Part shown: piece after piece, positions 59,901-64,000 of the stretch | Position numbering within the stretch: position 1 is the first letter of the stretch | Layout: each line of letters opens with the position of its first letter | Assembly (NCBI GenBank): GCA_963801435.1 | Contig: CAWDFE010000029.1 | Location: forward strand, 80,273 to 144,272 | Reading direction: 5' to 3' | DNA from: an uncultured Actinomycetota bacterium | GTDB lineage: Bacteria > Actinomycetota > Thermoleophilia > Solirubrobacterales > Solirubrobacteraceae | DNA: 64,000 nucleotides | Program-made: the position numbers and the translations under genes | Notes under the pieces: model-generated | What the model saw: the letters and a program-made list of their open reading frames with translations, nothing else | Told to the model about the DNA's origin: nothing | Database searches by the model: none

Positions 59901-60283
59901 TCCGACAACTCGCCACTTCCGCGGGCGCGCGCGACCCCCGCCTCGAACGCGTCGACGTCGACCTCCACCCTCCCGCCCGGATACAGCACCAGCATGTCGT
60001 CCCGCAACGGGAGAACAGTCGAGGTCTCGGCGCCCGCTGCCTCCAGCGCCCGCCGCGCGACATACAACGCCTGATGAAAGTTATTGGCCGCCGCCGCACG
60101 CGCCCGCTCAGGCCACAACAACTCAGTCGCCTGCTCCCGATGAACTCGACGCTCGGGCGACAGCGCGAGCAGCTTCACCAGACTCTTGGCCTTACGTAGA
60201 CGCCACGCGCCCTCGGGCACAACCTCTCCGCCCACGCAAACCGCGAAGGCCCCGAACAGCCTTATCTGCACGGCCTTGTCCAT
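56990..60283 (-). CDS. AfsR/SARP-type regulator (wHTH-BTAD-NB-ARC-TPR)
   Basis: VDVDAF, DPLHE..QR.LMR, TGAGGSGKTRL, LDNCEHL and LDGMPLALELAA motifs; TPR repeats. Confidence 0.92.
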   Translation of the reverse strand: MDKAVQIRLFGAFAVCVGGEVVPEGAWRLRKAKSLVKLLALSPERRVHREQATELLWPERARAAAANNFHQALYVARRALEAAGAETSTVLPLRDDMLVLYPGGRVEVDVDAFEAGVARARGSGELSDYRAALELHRGELLPEDRYEAWAVGRREAVSEAHLGLLLDLSSRLAEGGDAEAAIAALEQVVVIDPLHEGAQRALMRLFAAAGRRQHALAQYQRLRQALRRDLEAEPDPETARLYQALLRGDVNFDPPDQEPRRKAAHALRATRAGGARHNLPIVLTSFIGRDRELREVAGLLDRNRLLTLTGAGGSGKTRLAVEAATARLGACRDGVWLVELAGLGDPALVPAETASALGLTLSSQRPALEGLGAQLSQARTLLILDNCEHLVAACAVVAEHLLGACSELRILATSREPLRVPGEVTWRVPSLTLPASGRSVKPEELASYESIRLFCERASDVASGFALGEDNAGAVAEICVRLDGMPLALELAAARVGALSPAQIAARLGDCLAVLTTGSRSVVDRQQTLRATLSWSHALLTTTERALFRRLSVFAGSFALEAAEKVAAGDGMDERRVADILGRLVDKSLVVAEDDSGGYRYRLLDPMRQYARESLVEAGEATPLEARHHAFYLELARAADPEGAAAGPIVGAGRLEHDHDNLRAALGWALRHEPQQALRLAVHMWPMWMAGSHFLEGSGWLQAALAAAPAPTELRAEALRAACGLDLRLGRTGGVSELGLERVEIFRALGDRRAVAHALDEVGVYEYMASRYDNAERLYAESRALAEELGERKVAAAVLHSCGVLAQCRGDFAGAREALLDSLARLREVPARDGEAFFRVHTAGLFVAGEGPGAAPRMYFEETAQFFRRVDARRAIGYVLAALGDVARAQGLSELARQRLTESLAHFREARDAMGTAFALNRLGNLAGALGEHELGREWLEEALTLRRGLSDRRGIGMTLSNLGVLAARAGDLERSRSLLGDALALFEETDDAPGQSGMRLNLGNIAADVGEPARARELLQASREMAEAQHFFRAAGWVTLRLAELAIADGDAERAARLLDAALARLRPLGDRWGVARCFELDQVVAKGSLSPARQG
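57010..57029 (-). promoter_or_regulatory. SARP-type direct repeat box
   Basis: TTAGCGACC twice with 11-bp periodicity, about 60 bp upstream of the oxidoreductase start. Confidence 0.6.
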
Positions 60284-60567
60284 CGCTCTAGCCCATGCTA
60301 CGGGAGCCGGGGGGCCCTGAAAGGACCGCGCGGCGTCCGGGACCACTCGCCGCGCACGTCCCAGAATTCGGGAGCGGCGTGCTCACAGCGACCGTGCAAG
60401 CGACAGCGTCGAAGCGGCAGCCCGACCGGGCCGCGAGGCTGCTCCGCGAGGCGAAGCAGCAGCAGCGCTCGGAGAACTGCGACGTGCTCAGACGCGCCAC
60501 ACCGGACCTCGAGCAAGCGGACGACCGGCGCCGCGGTTCACCGAAGCAACAGTGGCCGGATCCGACG

Positions 60568-60700
60568 CCGCGCTGCTGCTATCGCCCAAACTCGGCGGTG
60601 CGGTTCCGCCGAACCGCGCGAGCCGCGCGACGATCGCATTCGTGGAGAGCGATCGTCCCGACTCGCCTCGAGCCGACGATGCGCAGAGCGACCGAGGAAG
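60568..60700 (+). repeat. Degenerate dispersed repeat, copy B (inverted relative to copy A)
   Basis: See copy A; carries an extra internal segment of about 35 bp. Confidence 0.75.
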
Positions 60701-60948
60701 CGTCAGGCTGTGCCGACGCCTGACGCGTGCTCCGCGCGAGAAGCACTCGCCGAGGCCGGGTCCTCGCTCACGCGGGCCTAGTCGCCGTGGGGATCGTCCG
60801 GATGAGATCGCCCAGACCGCAGAAGCGGTCGCGCGCCGGATGTGCGGTTCCGCGCAGCCGGCAAAGCTCACCGGCACGTTCGCGATGCTCGTGGCGTTGC
60901 GGATAGCAGGTCTCTTGGTCCGGTGTGATGCCAGTGAATTTGAGGGTG

Positions 60949-62679
60949 TCAGCCTGGCGTGTCGAGGGCCGGAAGCATGAGTGGGCGCTCTTGGAGCGCG
61001 TGCTTGTCGCCCGAGTTGGCCAGGACGGCGTGGACGTGGGCGTAAAGGTCGTCCGCTGTCTCGGAGCTGTCGGCTATTGCTGTCACACCCACGGTCGCGA
61101 GCGGCTCGACGGAGCTAAGCATGTGGAACACCACCCCGCGTCCATGCTTGTGGTCGAAGCGAAGGTCCTGTCGCGCGGCTCGCGCGAGCAGGCCCGCGTG
61201 GCCGAGCACCTGCAACTGCGGGGTCTCCAGGTGATCCGTCGCGACGTAGTGCCTAGAATGCCCCCGGCGGGTCGTGAATCTTGCCGTCATTGGGTCGTAC
61301 CTGCCGCGGGTGAGACGGGCAAGGGTCTGGTATGGGTGGGTCGTTCCGCTCATGCGCAAGTTCAGCTCGAGCGCGAAGGGCCTCCAGCCGTCGTCCTTTT
61401 CACGGGCCACGAGGAAATCGACCGCGAGCGGGCCGATCACTCCGGTATCCGCCAACTGCTTCGCGATCCGGCGGGCAAGGGCGCTGACTGTGTGGGCGTA
61501 CGCAGGATCGGCTGGAAAGCGGCACCCCGCGAAGCTCTGCCCGCTGCGACCGTGAAGGATCTGGTCGTGCGTCGAGAGGAGCTCTACGGCTCGCGTTGGC
61601 GTGATCCATAGCTGGACGCTTGGGCTGCGCACCTCGCGGGCAGTGATTCGCTCTTCCACGACGCCACCCTGTGCAGCGAGCTTGCGCAGAAAAGCGGCTG
61701 GGCTGACCTCGTCGACGTTCGGGACCAGGCGAGCGAGACGCTGTTGGATGAGCTCACGCTCTCCGCGCGCGCCAGGCGCGGGCATTCCGGTCAGATCGAG
61801 CAGGGCGTTCCCCTCGCCGGACACCGCGTTGTCGAGCTTGATGACCAACTCGGCGAGCGCGGACTTCGTCGCGCGGAGCGCGCAGATCGCGTCGGTCGCC
61901 TCGGCGATGCTCCTGATGTGCTCCGCCCCCAACGGATGTGGTACTCCCGCCTGGGCGAACAGAGCGCGACCGCCGCTTTTGGTCCCCAGCCACGCGTGGT
62001 CGGGGTCGGCACCGTACAACGGGATATCGAGGGCGAGCGCGATGTCGCGTTCAACGGCCGTCGAGTTGTATGGCATCAGGTAGGCGGCGTTCGGAGCCGT
62101 GAGCGTGCCTCGGATGTGCTCGAGGACACGGGGTCGTGCAAGTAGCTTCTCGCTGAGGGGCCGTAGGCCGCGGTCGCCGAGCGACACGAGCCGCAGACGC
62201 TTTCGCGCCGACAGTCGGAATCTGCGCGGTAGAAGCGAGATGTAGTAGTCGATCGTGCGCTGTGCTACCGGCAACGAGGTGACGTACGTCAGCTCCAAGC
62301 CAGGATCTTGCAGCTCGAACAGCACGCTGAGCAGGCGCTCCTCGTAGGATCGCGTCTCGGCGGGAGGCTCGTGCCATCGGTCGACCGAGCGAGACGGCAA
62401 GACCACGACGGAACGCCGCGTCGCACCGAGCGCGGCGGTCGTGGTGACGGCAAGCCGGTCCTGCAGGCGATCGAACCGATTCCCCTGCCACGCTTCAACC
62501 GCCGGGTGCGCCGTGGATCCTGGAACAACACGACCAACCGGCTGCCGATACCTAGCCGCGCTCGCCTCTGCCGAGCGGTTCCACCGCGCCATCATGGACA
62601 TCCGGTTGCGGTCTTGCTCGCCCCGCCGCCGACCCTCACCAGTGTTCGCGTGAGCCACGCAGTAGCTCAGATCGTTCAT
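60949..62679 (-). CDS. PGM1-related ATP-grasp peptide ligase; start uncertain
   Basis: VVVLPS, EERLL, YVTS.P, GTKSG, KLDNAVSGEGNA, SPSVQ, HDQIL and ELNLR..GTTHP motifs. Confidence 0.85.
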   Translation of the reverse strand: MNDLSYCVAHANTGEGRRRGEQDRNRMSMMARWNRSAEASAARYRQPVGRVVPGSTAHPAVEAWQGNRFDRLQDRLAVTTTAALGATRRSVVVLPSRSVDRWHEPPAETRSYEERLLSVLFELQDPGLELTYVTSLPVAQRTIDYYISLLPRRFRLSARKRLRLVSLGDRGLRPLSEKLLARPRVLEHIRGTLTAPNAAYLMPYNSTAVERDIALALDIPLYGADPDHAWLGTKSGGRALFAQAGVPHPLGAEHIRSIAEATDAICALRATKSALAELVIKLDNAVSGEGNALLDLTGMPAPGARGERELIQQRLARLVPNVDEVSPAAFLRKLAAQGGVVEERITAREVRSPSVQLWITPTRAVELLSTHDQILHGRSGQSFAGCRFPADPAYAHTVSALARRIAKQLADTGVIGPLAVDFLVAREKDDGWRPFALELNLRMSGTTHPYQTLARLTRGRYDPMTARFTTRRGHSRHYVATDHLETPQLQVLGHAGLLARAARQDLRFDHKHGRGVVFHMLSSVEPLATVGVTAIADSSETADDLYAHVHAVLANSGDKHALQERPLMLPALDTPG

Positions 62680-64000
62680 CGGTCCCTCCCAGTCTCGTCA
62701 CGCCTGGATGCCCGGTCCGCCCGGTCAGGGGCAAGCTTCCACGCATTGCTCAAGTCAGCGGACGTCCGCTGACTTCCCAGACGCTAAGACGCACCGTCGG
62801 TGGGAATCTTTTCCGTGAGGGTGAGCACAGTTGCCGACGTGCCCCATGGGCGCTCGACTTGCGGGCTCGGCACCGCGTCGAGCCTTGTTGAGCGGTTGGG
62901 GCCACGTACCGAGGCCCGTCGAGCGCCAGTCGGAGCGGCCGGGCTTTGACCAGGCGGGCAGGCCGAGCCAGCCGCCGGTGCGGGCGCCGGCGTGCAGCGC
63001 CGGCTCAGCGGTGGTGGGCGATCTTCGCCACTACTCTGGCAAGGACCCGGTTGCCACGCCCCAAGAGGGGTCGCCCCACGAGAACGGCACGGTCTCGGAG
63101 AGCCGCAGCTTGGCGACACCGACCGGCGCCTGGTAGGCGTAGCCCTTGACTTGCCTGGGGTTCGTCGAGCCGCACGTATGGCGGACCGAGGTCCAGCCCT
63201 CCGGGCTCGCCTGCCCCCCTACGGGTCGCACGGCATCTCGAGGTCAAGGGCTTGGTCGCGTAGCAGCGTCCCAACATCAAGCAGGTAGTTGGCGTGCCCG
63301 CTGCCGCTCAACCTCAAGCATGGACGCACCAGGTCGCGCCGCCCGACAGCACCTAACCGCGGCAGCACTTGGGTGCCCCAGTCGCGCGCGTCGTGACGGA
63401 GCGGACGATCGCCTCCCACGGATCGCTGTGCATGCACTGGCTGTGCAGATCGGCGCTATCGCCCACCTCTCGGGCCGGGCATCTGTCGCACTCACGGGGC
63501 TATGCGAACACTTCGGCGCGGTGTGCGGGCACGCAGATCTAAGCCTCGACTGCCCACACTGCGCCGGGGCGGTCGATACGCGCTGCGCACCGGTGCCGAA
63601 GCTGTGCCTACGCACCACCTTGGATGACGAGCTTCACTCCGTTGCCCTGCTCTCGGCGAGCGGCGGGATCGGCCATCTCTGCTGCTCGTCGTCCAATCCG
63701 AGAGACTCGAGCGGGCCGAACTGAGCGATCGTCGGCCACTGCCTTAGCTACGGGTTTCTGGGACGCCTCTTGCGTGGTGCCGCCGAACCAGTCGGTCCTG
63801 TTTGGGGCCCAGCCTCGGCACGACGGTTGGCGCGCTGCGGGCCCTGCGATCGGGAGGCTGCATCCTCGGCTGACTCGCTTGGTAGCGTAGGCCACGCGCT
63901 GGGAGGGGCGGGTGCACCTTTCGCTGCGCGCGGAGGAATGGTCTGATACCGGGATGACGATAAGCCTCGAAGGCGCGATCGACGTCATCCCTCCTGGATG

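Larger units (their letters stand above)
28143..64000. mobile_element. Decayed tRNA-anchored genomic island / accessory region (right end not seen)
   Basis: Starts at the tRNA-Lys 3' end with an integrase relic; contains IS remnants, pseudogenes, long non-coding gaps and no core genes. Confidence 0.65.

Noticed and set aside
1-64000. Many long overlapping ORFs in the track (e.g. 7210-8649, 12520-13818, 32238-34274, 37850-39886) and the N-terminal extensions of 1584-3644 and 11689-13977
   Set aside because: Antisense or alternate-frame shadows of real genes, expected in high-GC DNA; no motifs
1-64000. CRISPR array, rRNA, or eCIS/phage structural genes
   Set aside because: No regularly spaced repeats, rRNA signatures, or sheath/tube/baseplate motifs seen
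28143-64000. attR copy of the tRNA-Lys 3' end
   Set aside because: Not found by eye within the window

Overview
High-GC actinobacterial DNA; gene content and order suggest Thermoleophilia/Solirubrobacterales (inference). Positions 1-28142 are mostly core chromosome: a frameshifted LysR with a probable divergent small RNA, ddl, envelope genes (GtrA, GT87), an ABC transporter split by a MITE-like hairpin, and a heme/respiratory cluster (hemB, fused ahbAB, hemL, HepS-like ORF, Bacillus-type Rieske/cyt b/subunit IV-cyt c, menG, prenyl synthase). tatA-tatC and tRNA-Lys(CTT) follow. From 28143 onward is an accessory island that starts with a decayed tyrosine integrase. Its most striking content is a three-gene cassette: a divergent Lgt-like enzyme, translationally coupled to a 1722-aa DUF4157 (eCIS-effector-type) polymorphic toxin with a Cys directly after the post-DUF4157 'LRR' motif, followed by a HWWW-type immunity candidate. 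I infer a toxin lipidated by its own enzyme; this is untested. The rest of the island holds a tRNA-Arg att relic, IS481 remnants, LuxR-AAA and SARP regulators, a metalloprotease-VWD protein, a cobalamin riboswitch upstream of a BHMT-like gene and a PGM1-like ATP-grasp ligase. Several frameshifts may be sequencing errors. All calls come from motif reading; no database searches were run.
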